DNA of 64,000 nt. It comes from Turneriella sp. Lineage in GTDB: Bacteria; Spirochaetota; Leptospiria; Turneriellales; Turneriellaceae. The translations under genes and the position numbers were made by a program. The stretch covers positions 2,112,001 through 2,176,000 of the forward strand of contig CBDIID010000003.1 of the NCBI GenBank assembly GCA_965279515.1, given 5' to 3'. Below the pieces are notes generated by a model. That model was not told the DNA's origin. It ran no database searches and was given only the letters and a program-made list of their open reading frames with translations. Positions 1-11,700 of this stretch are shown piece after piece. Numbering within the stretch: position 1 is the stretch's first letter; each line of letters starts with the position of its first letter.

Positions 1-2499
1 CCCTCTGACTTCAGTAGCGATGGTTTCAACGGATCTTTCGATATGACGCCGACCGGCAGCCATACGGTAGTACCGGGTCGTTACAACGAAGCGAACGGAG
101 CTTATCGCTTTGATGGCTCCTCGACCTGGTTTTCGACCCCACACCAAAACCAGTTCAATCTGAGCAGTGCCTATACGATTAGCGCGTGGATCAACACCAA
201 CAGCACAGCAAGCCAGCGTATCGTCGACAAGACTACTGCAGGTGCAGCCAACGGCTATGTACTCGATATCGTCTCTAACCGTTATCGCCTGATCCATGGC
301 GTATCGGTATCGACCGAATTGGTCTCTAACAGCATAGTGACGACGGGCACGTGGGTGCAAGTGCTCGCGACATATTCACAGCTGGAAAAACGCGCGCGCA
401 TCTATATCAACGGCCACCTCGACGCCGAGCAAATTTTCGGCACTTCTGCTTCGACACCCAGCAATACCCTGGCGCTGCGCATCGGCTCAGATTCCAATAA
501 TGCCAATGTATTCAGCGGCGCGATGGCGGCTGTACGGATTTATGGCCGGGTTCTCAACGATGCCGAAATCAATGAACTTGCGCAGGATGCAAGCCCAGCC
601 CAGGTCGGTAACTCCTACAATACCGGTCCCACAGAAGCCGCAGTTATTTTCCAGTTTACCGGCGGCACTGCAGGGAATGCAAATATGACAAGCTCCGGCC
701 CATCGGGTAACGGGCTTACTCCCTTATGCAGCAGCCCGATCGGCAAGGATGGGGATGCAGCTGGTTCTTGTTATCTTGACGGTAACAACAACCTCGTTAC
801 CTCAAGTGGCGGCAGCGCGGGAACTCCATGGGGTAGCGCCCCGCGTACCCTTTGCATCTGGTTCAATCCACAGCGGATTCCCGCCAATGACGTGCTCATC
901 GCCCATGGAAACCCGGTAGCTCCCAATTTCCGCGGCTTTGGCATTACGCTGCTCAACGGTGCGCAGATCCAGTTTTTCAACTGGGGCGGACCGAATGTGG
1001 TCTACAATTATCCGGTTCAACTCAACACGTGGCAGCATGTCTGTGGCACAGCGACGGGGAACACGGTTGAAATGTTCATGAACGGCGCATCTCTCGGCGC
1101 GAATAGCGGCGGCATCGGAACCTTAAATACGGTGAATGACGCCGGATCGGTATTATCTCTGGGTTCGGCACTCGACGGAAATTCTGCCTTGATGTTCCAG
1201 GGCACCATCGACGATGCGCGCATCTATAATAAAGTTCTTACCGCGGCGGAAATCCGCCAGTTGGCCACGCAAGTACCGACGGGACTTGTTGCGCGCTATG
1301 ATTTCAACGGGGACACGAACGATGTCAGCGGCCTGGGGAATAATCTGACCAATAGCGGCGCGACTGCCAGCACCGATCGTTTCGGCATACCAAACGGGGC
1401 CTATCGTTTCAACGGTGCGAATAACCTCATGATAAATTCTTCGACCTCGCTGCCGTTTGCCACGGGCAACTTCGACAGAACAATGTGCTTCTGGGGGCGC
1501 GCCGATCAGGCCCTCAGCGGCGTCCGCATCGGCGTCGCTTATGGCAACAGCTCTACGAATCAGACCTCTCAGATCGGTTTCAACACCCTTAACACCAGTT
1601 CGCCTACAACGTTAGGCTGCGCCTATGGTGCGCCGTGTTCGCCGGCGGGATACATCCACCAGAATACATGGCACCATGTATGTATGGTTGTCAACGCGAC
1701 CAACGCACAAATGTACCTGAATGGCGGCACTCTTGACACCAATGGCGCCGGCGCTGGCACCACTGTTTCTGCAACCGCCTGGAATACACCGGCGGGTCCC
1801 CTTGTCATCGGCAGCTTCAACGGGCAATACTGGTTTCCCGGCGACATGGATGATATCCGGATTTACAACCGTGCGCTTTCGGCTACCGAGATTCAGGCTC
1901 TCGTACAGCAGCCGAACAAAAGGATCTATGTCACAGCGAACACTTACAGCGGTGATCTTAGAAATGGTGGCGCAGGCACAGGTGTGGCAGGCGCTGATAT
2001 CAAGTGCAACGCCGCAGATGCAAATAAGCCAGCGACGGGTGTTTATAAAGCGATGCTTGGCGATGGTTTGAATCGTCGCGCTTGCACCTCGGGTTACTGT
2101 GCAAGCGGTGGAGTCACGGAGGGTATCGATTGGGTACTGAGACCCAATGTAACTTACACAACCAGTGGGGGTACGCTTCCCATCTTTACCGCTGACTGGA
2201 ACGGTTCCTGGAACTTCCTCGGAGCCGCCCCCACAGGTGGAAACTTTCTTAATGCGGTCAGCGCTACAGCTGTGACGCCATGGACGGGAATGACATTTAA
2301 CTGGAGTACCGATGCGGCTTGTGGTCACTGGGATGGCATTGCCACATCGGATGATAAGGGAGTCTTTGGGCGTGCGAATTCCACGTCCCAGCCAGCGAGC
2401 ACCGGGGGCGTACTCTATGAATTGTGGACGGGCAACACGACGGGAACCATGGTGTCTTGCCTGGCTTCCTCGTATCCGCTCTACTGCGTCGAGCAGTAG
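1..2499 (+). CDS. 5'-truncated giant surface protein: three LamG (concanavalin-A-like) domains plus C-terminal DUF1554 (Len/endostatin-like) domain
   Basis: Frame is open from base 1 (PSDFSSD matches PNDYSSD in the paralogue at 8792). Repeated LamG signatures (W.HV..T, Y.NG, G.IDD.RIYN..L...EI). Tip has GADIKC...YKAML...W...PN.TY...WTG...LYCVEQ*. Confidence 0.85.
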   Translation, partial: PSDFSSDGFNGSFDMTPTGSHTVVPGRYNEANGAYRFDGSSTWFSTPHQNQFNLSSAYTISAWINTNSTASQRIVDKTTAGAANGYVLDIVSNRYRLIHGVSVSTELVSNSIVTTGTWVQVLATYSQLEKRARIYINGHLDAEQIFGTSASTPSNTLALRIGSDSNNANVFSGAMAAVRIYGRVLNDAEINELAQDASPAQVGNSYNTGPTEAAVIFQFTGGTAGNANMTSSGPSGNGLTPLCSSPIGKDGDAAGSCYLDGNNNLVTSSGGSAGTPWGSAPRTLCIWFNPQRIPANDVLIAHGNPVAPNFRGFGITLLNGAQIQFFNWGGPNVVYNYPVQLNTWQHVCGTATGNTVEMFMNGASLGANSGGIGTLNTVNDAGSVLSLGSALDGNSALMFQGTIDDARIYNKVLTAAEIRQLATQVPTGLVARYDFNGDTNDVSGLGNNLTNSGATASTDRFGIPNGAYRFNGANNLMINSSTSLPFATGNFDRTMCFWGRADQALSGVRIGVAYGNSSTNQTSQIGFNTLNTSSPTTLGCAYGAPCSPAGYIHQNTWHHVCMVVNATNAQMYLNGGTLDTNGAGAGTTVSATAWNTPAGPLVIGSFNGQYWFPGDMDDIRIYNRALSATEIQALVQQPNKRIYVTANTYSGDLRNGGAGTGVAGADIKCNAADANKPATGVYKAMLGDGLNRRACTSGYCASGGVTEGIDWVLRPNVTYTTSGGTLPIFTADWNGSWNFLGAAPTGGNFLNAVSATAVTPWTGMTFNWSTDAACGHWDGIATSDDKGVFGRANSTSQPASTGGVLYELWTGNTTGTMVSCLASSYPLYCVEQ

Positions 2500-2573
2500 T
2501 CCAGACCTGTAAAAAAGAACAGTCTCGACTCGCCATTAGGCACTCTCATTGCTGCAGTAAATTCAGAAAATGT

Positions 2574-2605
2574 TGGACACCTTGTGGAGGGCGGTTCAGT
2601 ATAAT
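2574..2605 (+). promoter_or_regulatory. Candidate promoter/operator TGGACACCTT-N11-TTCAGTATAAT
   Basis: Same motif recurs at 8740-8771, at nearly the same distance from the next start codon; contains a perfect TATAAT at 2600-2605. Confidence 0.5.
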
Positions 2606-2626
2606 GCTAAAAGGGCGTACCCCACG

Positions 2627-5600
2627 ATGAAATCAGTAGCGCACTTTTTCACCTTGGTCTACGCTGGCATCGTCTTGTCCTGTTCGGGCCTAAAGCTCGA
2701 CAAGGATTCAAATTGTATCAATCAATCCTCCGGGTGCTTTCGCGCCGATAAAACCCCACCCGAATTCCGTCAGGCCGTCGACCCGCTCCCCTATCTCCCG
2801 GGAAACAACACAATTTCGACGCTGGCGAAAGTCGATATCATGTTCTCTGAAGAACTCAATAATCCGAAAACTTCCGATTTTATCTTCAGCGGACCAGGCA
2901 CAGGAACCAGCGGCATCAAAGTCAACGCCATTGAAAAAATCGACAAGTATACATACCGCCTTCTGGTTTCCGCTTCGCTCGAAACCGGAAATATCTTTCT
3001 CGATTTTCCCAATCTGAAAGATTACAATGGAAATCCGATCACCGGCAATACGCAAATTAATTATTATGGCAACGTCGATATCGCGGTGCCTTTTACTGTT
3101 AATCGAAATGGCCTCAGCAGCAGTTCGGGTTATAGTCAAATCGATGTGAATTGGAGCTATACATACGTACCGCCGACAGCGAGTACAACCATCTACACCG
3201 TGAAATTGACGAACGGTTCGACCGACTGCAATACGGCGTCGGCGTTGGCCTGGTCTGGAGTCGGTACGCCGATACCGAGCCCCGCTGCAGGTTCAACGGT
3301 AACTTCGGGCACTTCGTATTCTTTTTCCATCGACACCAACGACGTAACAACTTCGGGTGATCAGGTACTGCTGATCTGCGTATCGAACGCAACACACAAC
3401 AAGCGCGGCACGGCCGCGATATCTTTCTTACAGAACAGCAGCGCGCCAACCACGACACTGTCGCCGACCTTCGGCCCTTCGGGTAGCCCTAAAGCTCTGA
3501 CATTTACCTGCGCTCCCTACATGGATAAAATCATCTACAGCTCGGATTTTACATCAGGCAACGGTGTCGATCCGCTAGTGGGATCTCCCACCGATCCGAC
3601 CTTTAATGCCGCAACGGGCGCGGTGACTTCAGGCAGTTTATACGACGCGGCCAGTAAGCCGCTCACTCCCTACATCGCAGACCCGACTCATTCGCGGTTT
3701 GAATTCCGCTGCATCGACCGAGCCGGTAATATCGAAGCGATCAAAAATTCGGGTAATCTGAACACGGAAACCTATGTCGTCGACAGCACCTTGCCTGAAG
3801 TTACGATCACGCACGTGTACCGGGCGACCACAACCCGCGAAATTACCGGGCTCAGCAATAAAGCCCTTGCACATCAATCTGCCGATATTATCTGGCACAC
3901 CAATCAGGTTACTAAGCCATTTTCGCTGCGTAAAGGTTCTACCAGTTGCCTTGCTGCTGACGGAACTCTCGTTACATCCGGAACTACGCCTGGTGTCGCA
4001 AATCAGGATATCACAACGACTATTTCATACAATAGTTCAGGCATCGCCGTTGGCACAAACGACCTGCGCCTGTGCGTCCAAAACGGAGGTTCCTATGGTC
4101 AGGATACGCGGACGATTATCCGGACCACGGACAACCATACACCCACGACCACCGTAAACGTCGGTGGTGGTAGTTATGGAACTGTACAAAATATCGTTGT
4201 GACTTGCAATGATACGAATCCCGAAGGTGTCATTTACGATGCCAGTTCTGCCGATGGCGCTACAGTACCAACGCCGCCCACAGGGCCACTCTATAGCCCG
4301 ATAGGTGTCCGCATTTCCGGCCTAGATCATTTAAGTCCCATTACGCTTCTGAACCAAAAAACCACGACCATAAACTGGCGCTGCATCGATGTCGGCGGTA
4401 ACGAGAGTACTTTGGGTACTGCGACGTATACGATAGATTCGGTAATTCCGCTCGTGAATGTCACATACTTCGAGCGCCCTTCCGTCAGTAATCTCGCGGG
4501 CGCCTACCCCAGCGTTCAGATGAACTGGACGACAGACAAGCCGGGATTGCAGTATGAAATCCGCAATTCGGGTAATTGCAATGGCGGTTTCGGAGGCGGA
4601 GGTACAGCAACACGGTATTCCGGCACCGCAGCGGCATCGAATAGCCAAAACCTCAGTATTGCCAGCGGCGATTTCCCGGTCGTCGGCAATACGTACAATA
4701 TCAAGGTCTGCGTTTTTAATGCCGCGAATATTGCCGGTTACCAGACGACTGCGAACGATGTCACTCGCGATGAGACACGGCCCGTTATTGGCGATCCATC
4801 CACAACCAATACCCCTGTAAATTCAACTAACTTCACCATTTCGTGGAATGCTGCCAGCGACAATGTCGGCGTCGCCGCATACCGGATTTTTCGCTCGGTA
4901 ACTTCGGGAGTCTACGGTTCAACTCCCGACTACACCGCCGTCAGTACTTCGACGACGCTCACCATGCCCGACACGCAGAAATACTTTCTGCGCGTCGTGC
5001 CGATCGACGCTGCGGGCAACGTTCCGGTGACTCCGGCAAACTATACAGAAATTTCCACAAAGCCGGATATCCGGCTAATCATCTCGGGCCTGAGCGGCAC
5101 AATAAAAATCAACGATGGCGCGCAGGCAGACCAAAGTTTCGCGGCCAATATCCCCGGCCCGGGAAGTCTTTGGAACACGCCGCTGACGCTTGGCCAAAAT
5201 TATGCCTTCAGCATCACGCAGCAACCCGCAGGGCAACTCTGCGCGATACGCGAAAAACAATTTGGCTCGCTGTCAGGCGACCTGACGATCACAGTGAATT
5301 GTGCCGTCGGTTATATTACCGGTGGTACGTACCTGCAAATACCGCCCGCGCCTGTTAACTACATGCTCTACCGCGGCAGGGCGTCGACAGACGTAGCGAG
5401 ATCGGTCTCAGGAGTTTCCGGTGCTTTTGTTTCATCAGGTATCGCCATCACCAGCAGTGGAACTTCATTTGTTACGGACCCTGGTACGAGTCAGATTTAC
5501 CGCATCTCAGGCAGCTCACTCATCAGCGTCGCCGGCAACGGCAGTATAGCGGGCATTGCGGACGGTAACGGAGCCGCGGCAACATTTCACAATCCGAGTT

Positions 5601-8600
5601 ACATCTCTTCTGACGGAACGAACATTTATATTTCCCAGGTCGGCAGTAGCCTTGGCAGCAACACCAATGACGGCATCCGTAAACTGGACCCGGCCGGCAA
5701 CGTCACAACGTTGGTGAGCGGCGCTGCCGTGCTTGACCCTGAAGGGATCGTCGTCTTGGGCAACACGCTCTACTGGGCGAACCGCAATTCGCATCAAGTG
5801 AAAGCGTTGGATATCACCACAGGAGTTGTTTCGGTATTCGCAGGCACTGGCACCCTGGGTGCGTCAGATGGCCCAGGCAGCACAGCCACTTTCAACCAAC
5901 CGATGGGTTTGACTGCCTTGGGCGGCAAGCTCTATGTAACGGAATTTGGAAATCACCGCATTCGGGTGATTAACATCTCATCGCAGGCGGTGAGTACACT
6001 GATGGGCAGTAGCGCCGGTGCAGTCGACGGTACGGTCTCCGTGGCTAAATTTAACGGGCCTTCAGGAATCACAACAGATGGTTTCGATTTATATGTTACC
6101 GACTATATAGGCCGTACTGTGAGGCGCATCCGCCTCGACCGCAATGGCGGCAGCAACCACATTGCCTCAACCATCGTGGGCAGCGGGGCAACGGGCGGGG
6201 CCAACGGTATCGGCACAGTGGCCACCTTTACAGGGCCCGTGGCCATCGCCACGAATGGCAGACAGCTTTTTGTCTCTGATGAGGGTAATGGAACCATCCG
6301 CAAAATTGCTGATTGGGGCGCAGTGGGCTACTGGCCCAATAACTTTGGTAACCAGCAAGAGTATGCATCCGACATCGGTTCGCCCCTGACTGGCAGTTTA
6401 ACAGGCTCGATTTCCGATACAAGCACTGCTGACAGGTACAATAATGCCGGCGGAGCACAAAATCTGCAGGGCGCGGAATACGTGACAGCAAGCGCGACAG
6501 GCGTGACGGGCACCGCCTGTAACGCAACGCTTGCTGCATGGTATAAACCGAGCTCGCTCGCTGCCTCGCAGGGGATTGCCTACAACGGAAATAGCGGCAA
6601 CAGTGGCTTTGGTCTCATGTTCGACGCGACCACCGGCATCCGCGGCCTGCTGGGTGGCGTTGTGTGGATACCGGCCGTAGGCAACAGCTTCATGCCTCCG
6701 CTAAATCAATGGACACACGTCACATTGCGGTGCTCATCTGGTAACCGCTGGACTCTTTTCATTAACGGCCATAAACTCGCCGACAGCGTTAACTCCCCGC
6801 TGTCGAATCCTTTGGGCCAAATGACAATCGGGCGCGATACGATTTCCGCATACGTCAACGGGTCTGTTACAGACATACGGTTATACAACCGCTCGCTCGA
6901 CGAGGGTGAAATTAACGAACTGGCGCAGGACGCTTCGACCAGCATTGCTGTAACTGGCATCAGCCGTAATGCAGGAGCCACAGGTTTATTGACGCATTTC
7001 GAAATGGATAACGGCTCACTTGCTGATTCAGGCGCGATAAACACCCCGATCGTCAGCTCGAACGGCACTCTCGTTACTGGGAAGGACGGCGATACGAACG
7101 GAGCTTACTCGTTCAGCGCGGCATCCAGCCAATACCAGGCGACGTCATCCATCATCGCTGACGGTGCATCCGCGAATGGTGAAATCACTGTCGCGGCGTG
7201 GGTCAGCCCGACGGCATTGCCATCTGTGGGCTCTGTGTACCTGATCGCCTCACACTACTCGGCGTCGGATACAGCCCGTGGCTATTACTTTGAGTACTTT
7301 AACAATGGCGGCACACAGCAGCTCTACTGGACACCATCGGGCGGGTCCGGTGCTTATACGACCAACATCAGCATGCCGCTCAACACCTGGTCGCACGTTG
7401 CGGTAACACATACGGGAACCACTGCGACAATTTACGTAAACGGTCAGGCCATGCCGACGGCACAGGTTTCGCCGCGCCCCTTGGCACAGACGACCGTAGC
7501 GACGCCGATCTATGTGGGCAGGCGCGACGACGGTCTCCTCACCGACGGGAAGGTCGACGATGTGCGCATCTACAACAATGCGCTATCCGCATGGCAAATT
7601 CGTCAACTCGCTACAAACATTCCGACGGGGCTTGTCGCCCGCTATGATTTCACGGGAGATCGTAGCGACATCAGCGGTTTCGGACAAGACCTCAGCAACA
7701 ACGGAGCAAACCTGGGTACGGATCGCTTCGGCCTCGCCAATGCCGCCGCTACATTCAACGGCAGCTCGAACTTCGACGGAGCGATGGCAAACTTCCCTTT
7801 GGGTAACTCACCACGCACGGTCTGCGCGTGGACGAACCCAACCGCATTGTCCGCTGCATTTTCCGAAGTGGTCATGTATGGAGTGAATGGGACATCACAA
7901 GGATGGGGCTTCGGCATGGATGGCTCCGCGACACCGCCTTATGGGCGCATGTTCATATTGGATACCGCCGGAGATTTAGCATACAATCTACCGCATGGCT
8001 TGAACGTTTGGAGGCACATGTGCGCCACGTACAGCGGCGCAACGGAACAGCTCTTTGTCGATGGTACCGCGGTTGCAAGTAAGCCCGTTACATTGGCAAC
8101 GGCATCGGGTACACTCAAGATCGGCCGCGGTATTTTCGCAGGTGCCGACTATTTTACCGGAAGCATTGACGATGTGCGGATCTACAACCGCGCGCTAACG
8201 AATACAGAAATTCAAACATTACTGCAGCAGCCGAATAAGCGTATCGTCCTCAGCGGCCCGACGATGCAAGGTGATATGGGTGGATCGCCTTCAGGCATCA
8301 ACGGGGCGGATCAGCGATGCCCTGGCGGTTATAAAGCGCTTATTGTGGACGGAGCAGTTCGCAGAGCGTGTACGAGTCCAAACTGCACAACAAGCGGCAT
8401 TAGCGAAAATATTCAGTGGGTTATCCGCCCCAATATCACATATCTGCGGGGTGATTTATTCACCATTATCGGTACGGCAAATTTTAACGGTATTGTCCCG
8501 CTACCTTTGACAACGAGCATCACCGGCGCTGCCGATACGGCCTGGACGGGGTTAGAAATTGACTGGACCACAAATAGCAATACCTGCGGCGACTGGTCAT

Positions 8601-8713
8601 CTATCGGCTCTTTGGGACAATATGGTTCGGGAAGCTCTACCGGTGGTTTCTCCATATCCACCACCAGCACCCTATGCTTGAGCGCACTATCGGTGTATTG
8701 CGTTGAGCAGTAA
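2627..8713 (+). CDS. Giant lipoprotein (~2030 aa): Ig-like/CHB_HEX_C-like stalk repeats, Fn3-like domain, NHL-repeat propeller, 3x LamG, DUF1554 tip
   Basis: Signal peptide MKSVAHFFTLVYAGIVLS-C (ATG 2627 preferred over 2570). RCID.AGN modules, NHL repeats (F..P.GI..DG..LYV.D....IR), LamG motifs, and ends VYCVEQ*. Confidence 0.85.
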   Translation: MKSVAHFFTLVYAGIVLSCSGLKLDKDSNCINQSSGCFRADKTPPEFRQAVDPLPYLPGNNTISTLAKVDIMFSEELNNPKTSDFIFSGPGTGTSGIKVNAIEKIDKYTYRLLVSASLETGNIFLDFPNLKDYNGNPITGNTQINYYGNVDIAVPFTVNRNGLSSSSGYSQIDVNWSYTYVPPTASTTIYTVKLTNGSTDCNTASALAWSGVGTPIPSPAAGSTVTSGTSYSFSIDTNDVTTSGDQVLLICVSNATHNKRGTAAISFLQNSSAPTTTLSPTFGPSGSPKALTFTCAPYMDKIIYSSDFTSGNGVDPLVGSPTDPTFNAATGAVTSGSLYDAASKPLTPYIADPTHSRFEFRCIDRAGNIEAIKNSGNLNTETYVVDSTLPEVTITHVYRATTTREITGLSNKALAHQSADIIWHTNQVTKPFSLRKGSTSCLAADGTLVTSGTTPGVANQDITTTISYNSSGIAVGTNDLRLCVQNGGSYGQDTRTIIRTTDNHTPTTTVNVGGGSYGTVQNIVVTCNDTNPEGVIYDASSADGATVPTPPTGPLYSPIGVRISGLDHLSPITLLNQKTTTINWRCIDVGGNESTLGTATYTIDSVIPLVNVTYFERPSVSNLAGAYPSVQMNWTTDKPGLQYEIRNSGNCNGGFGGGGTATRYSGTAAASNSQNLSIASGDFPVVGNTYNIKVCVFNAANIAGYQTTANDVTRDETRPVIGDPSTTNTPVNSTNFTISWNAASDNVGVAAYRIFRSVTSGVYGSTPDYTAVSTSTTLTMPDTQKYFLRVVPIDAAGNVPVTPANYTEISTKPDIRLIISGLSGTIKINDGAQADQSFAANIPGPGSLWNTPLTLGQNYAFSITQQPAGQLCAIREKQFGSLSGDLTITVNCAVGYITGGTYLQIPPAPVNYMLYRGRASTDVARSVSGVSGAFVSSGIAITSSGTSFVTDPGTSQIYRISGSSLISVAGNGSIAGIADGNGAAATFHNPSYISSDGTNIYISQVGSSLGSNTNDGIRKLDPAGNVTTLVSGAAVLDPEGIVVLGNTLYWANRNSHQVKALDITTGVVSVFAGTGTLGASDGPGSTATFNQPMGLTALGGKLYVTEFGNHRIRVINISSQAVSTLMGSSAGAVDGTVSVAKFNGPSGITTDGFDLYVTDYIGRTVRRIRLDRNGGSNHIASTIVGSGATGGANGIGTVATFTGPVAIATNGRQLFVSDEGNGTIRKIADWGAVGYWPNNFGNQQEYASDIGSPLTGSLTGSISDTSTADRYNNAGGAQNLQGAEYVTASATGVTGTACNATLAAWYKPSSLAASQGIAYNGNSGNSGFGLMFDATTGIRGLLGGVVWIPAVGNSFMPPLNQWTHVTLRCSSGNRWTLFINGHKLADSVNSPLSNPLGQMTIGRDTISAYVNGSVTDIRLYNRSLDEGEINELAQDASTSIAVTGISRNAGATGLLTHFEMDNGSLADSGAINTPIVSSNGTLVTGKDGDTNGAYSFSAASSQYQATSSIIADGASANGEITVAAWVSPTALPSVGSVYLIASHYSASDTARGYYFEYFNNGGTQQLYWTPSGGSGAYTTNISMPLNTWSHVAVTHTGTTATIYVNGQAMPTAQVSPRPLAQTTVATPIYVGRRDDGLLTDGKVDDVRIYNNALSAWQIRQLATNIPTGLVARYDFTGDRSDISGFGQDLSNNGANLGTDRFGLANAAATFNGSSNFDGAMANFPLGNSPRTVCAWTNPTALSAAFSEVVMYGVNGTSQGWGFGMDGSATPPYGRMFILDTAGDLAYNLPHGLNVWRHMCATYSGATEQLFVDGTAVASKPVTLATASGTLKIGRGIFAGADYFTGSIDDVRIYNRALTNTEIQTLLQQPNKRIVLSGPTMQGDMGGSPSGINGADQRCPGGYKALIVDGAVRRACTSPNCTTSGISENIQWVIRPNITYLRGDLFTIIGTANFNGIVPLPLTTSITGAADTAWTGLEIDWTTNSNTCGDWSSIGSLGQYGSGSSTGGFSISTTSTLCLSALSVYCVEQ

Positions 8714-8739
8714 GGACGGTTTTGGAGTGTGTAAAAAAC

Positions 8740-8771
8740 TGGACACCTTACAGGCACGGATTGAGCATAAG
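8740..8771 (+). promoter_or_regulatory. Candidate promoter/operator TGGACACCTT-N11-TTGAGCATAAG
   Basis: Second copy of the 2574-2605 motif, starting 52 nt before ATG 8792. Confidence 0.5.
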
Positions 8772-8791
8772 ATACAGTTCGGGATTAACCT

Positions 8792-11700
8792 ATGCTAACG
8801 AACATGGAAAAAAACCTCGAGTCAAAATTGATACAGCCGGGCGCGGCTCTCCGGTTGGCGTTTTTCTCCACATTGCTCCTTGCGGCCTCATGCTCCGGAT
8901 TAAAGCTCGATAAAGATACCAACTGCCTGAACGAAAAATCCGGCTGCTTCAAGGCAGATAAGACCGCCCCCAAAGTAATCGACTATGTAAGCGAACCACC
9001 GCCGGATAGTAACGGCAAGATCAGCAGCCTCGCCTACGTCGATGTTACATTCTCTGAAGAGCCTAAGGGCGCTGACATCGCAACGAATTATGCCTTTGAA
9101 AATAATACCCAGGGAGGAGATTTAATTGTCACGTCAGTGCAGAAGCTGAGCGATTATAAGTACCGTATCTTCGCTGCTGGCAATGTCGGCGATGGTGCTT
9201 TCACTTTGAATTATTCCAAGCTGATCGATTATGCCGGCAATCACATCGACACCTTGGCAAAGCCGGTGGTCATGAACGGCAGCTCAAAATTTATCATCAG
9301 CGCCAACATCGATCATCTGGGTGTCAGTAGCGGCGGTGGTTATGCGAATATCACACTCTCCTTTTCTCACAATTATTCGGCCGACCAAACCAATAACAAT
9401 AGTTATGAAGTAAGAATTACCAGCGGCGCGGCGCAATGCGTTAATACAGACCCAACACCAAGCGTAGGCGTTCCGATTGGCTCGTCACTGGCAGCGGGGA
9501 GTACAATCACTTTAACGAATATTCCCTCCGGGAACTTCGCGATAGGTCAGAACCGCATCGTCGTCTGCGTCAAGAACCAGGTGAACCCATCCGCTGTGGC
9601 AACCTGGTCGTCGTCCGTATACCGTTTTGACAATTCGCCTGCGATTACGACTGGTTTTTCACCAGTCGCTGACGCATACCAGGCTTCGAGTCCTCTGACG
9701 ATAACATGCACCGGATTTAACTCAAAGATTGTCTACACCAGTGAATGGTTACAATCCGGTGCTCCTGCAAATCCGGCCACGCCAACTTTTGACGGTAGCG
9801 GAAATCCGGGCACAGGGAACCTTTACACTAATCCTATCCCCATAAGCAACAATGGAAATCCGACAAACTGGAAATTTTCATGGCGCTGTATAGATATCGC
9901 TGGTAATCAAAGCAGCCTCACATCGAATGTAGCTTACACGATCGATAGCACGCTGCCGGGTGTGATGGTAAATCTTGATTCGAGCTATCGTGCGTTCGTC
10001 TCAACGATCGGAGGATATAGTTCGACGACGTTGAATTTCACTTCGGATCAGGCGAACCATCAATACAACATTGCAAGTGGAACAACTTTGTGTTCTCCTG
10101 GCGGTGGCGGGACTTCTCTCATCGGATCTGGCCCCTTTTACACCAACGCAAGCGCAAACGGTGCAAATCCTCCGCAAGTAATTCCCGCCGGTTCTTTCAC
10201 ATCGGTGAGTCCAGCCGTAAATCACGTGCGTATCTGCGTTCAGGGAACGGTCTCAACGGTTTGGGGGACTGCATACCTGCAGATCATCCGCGATGATACC
10301 GCGCCCAGTGTTGCGGCAAATACACCGACAGGAAGCTATGGGGCACTTCAGGATGTTACTTTCACGTGCAACGACCCGGATTTTCATGGAGACAAAGTCG
10401 CATACACGATCGCAACACAAACCGGCTCCATCGCCCCTGCTATACCGCCATTAGACCCGACATTTAATGCCACGACCGGCGATATCACAAACGGTTTTGA
10501 ACAGACAGGCCCCTACAGTCCCCCCGACCAGTCGACGACGATTGTAAAATTTAAGTGTATCGATAAGGCCGGCAACCAATCGTCGGTGCAAACCACCCAG
10601 TACACCATCGACGCGACATTGCCAGCCGTGAATTTCGTTTCGCAGAACCATGCGGGCATAAGCTCGACCGCAGGGGCATTTGCGAGCGCCGACGTCGTGT
10701 GGAATGCCAACCGTGCCGGCCTTCAATACCGCGTTCGTAGGGTGGCGAATTGCAATCACGCGGGCGATCCGGGAAATACCATTCTTTCAGGGACGACGCC
10801 CACCGTGGGTACGAATATTACCAGCAATCTGACGACGGCGATGTTACCGACTAACAATAACCAGTATCCGATTCGGTTGTGCGTATTCAACTATGCAAAC
10901 CAATCGACATACCAATCGACAAATGTAACAGTCACACGCGACGACACGCCGCCGACGATCCTTGCGGCAAACCTGACGCCAACGATCACCGCTGCGGGCG
11001 GAACTAATTACACTATTTCATGGAATGCCGCCGATGACACGGCGGGCTCGGGTGTAGCTTTTTACCGCATCTTTCGCGATGGGGCTATGACCCCGACATT
11101 TCCCGGGTATCCCAATACCCCCGACTATATCGCTGTGGCAACTGCCGGAACCAATTCGGCAACCATCGCGATGCCCGATGCCTCGAAATATTACCTGCGC
11201 ATTGTTCCTGTAGATGCCGCGGGCAATGTCATGGCACTCGCGGCGTCTTATAATGTTATAGCTACGAGACTTAACCTCATTGTCAGCGTCACAGGTTATA
11301 CAACCGGCGCCGGTGATTTCCGCGTGCAACAGGGCGGCGATACGCTCGCTTTTAATACCACACCGGGAGGCACCCAGACATTTGCAACCGGGTTCACACC
11401 CGGCAGTTCTTACAGCGTATCGATTACGGCGCAGCCCACAAACCAGATTTGCTCTTTTGTGCCGAAGCAGTTCGGTACAATTACGAGCGATCTGACACTG
11501 CAGGTACAATGCCTTCAGGGTCAATGGGTTGGAGGTAACTACCGGGCCACGCCTCCCGTTCCGCTCAATTATCTGCTCTACCGCGGCAAAGTCACGACCC
11601 TTGCGGGCAACGGCGTTGCAGGTTTCGTAGATAATGGAACCGGGACCTCAGCGCAATTTCAGAATCCCGAGTTTTTGGTTTATTTGAACAATGCGTTGTA

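Noticed and set aside
2570..2626. ORF-track upstream starts (also 28236, 37760, 38863, 42966, 51882, 57643, 57664)
   Set aside because: Downstream starts have better RBS, signal-peptide or operon context.
1900..8713. Diversity-generating retroelement acting on the lectin-like DUF1554 tips
   Set aside because: No reverse transcriptase and no template/variable repeat pair differing only at adenines was seen in the window.
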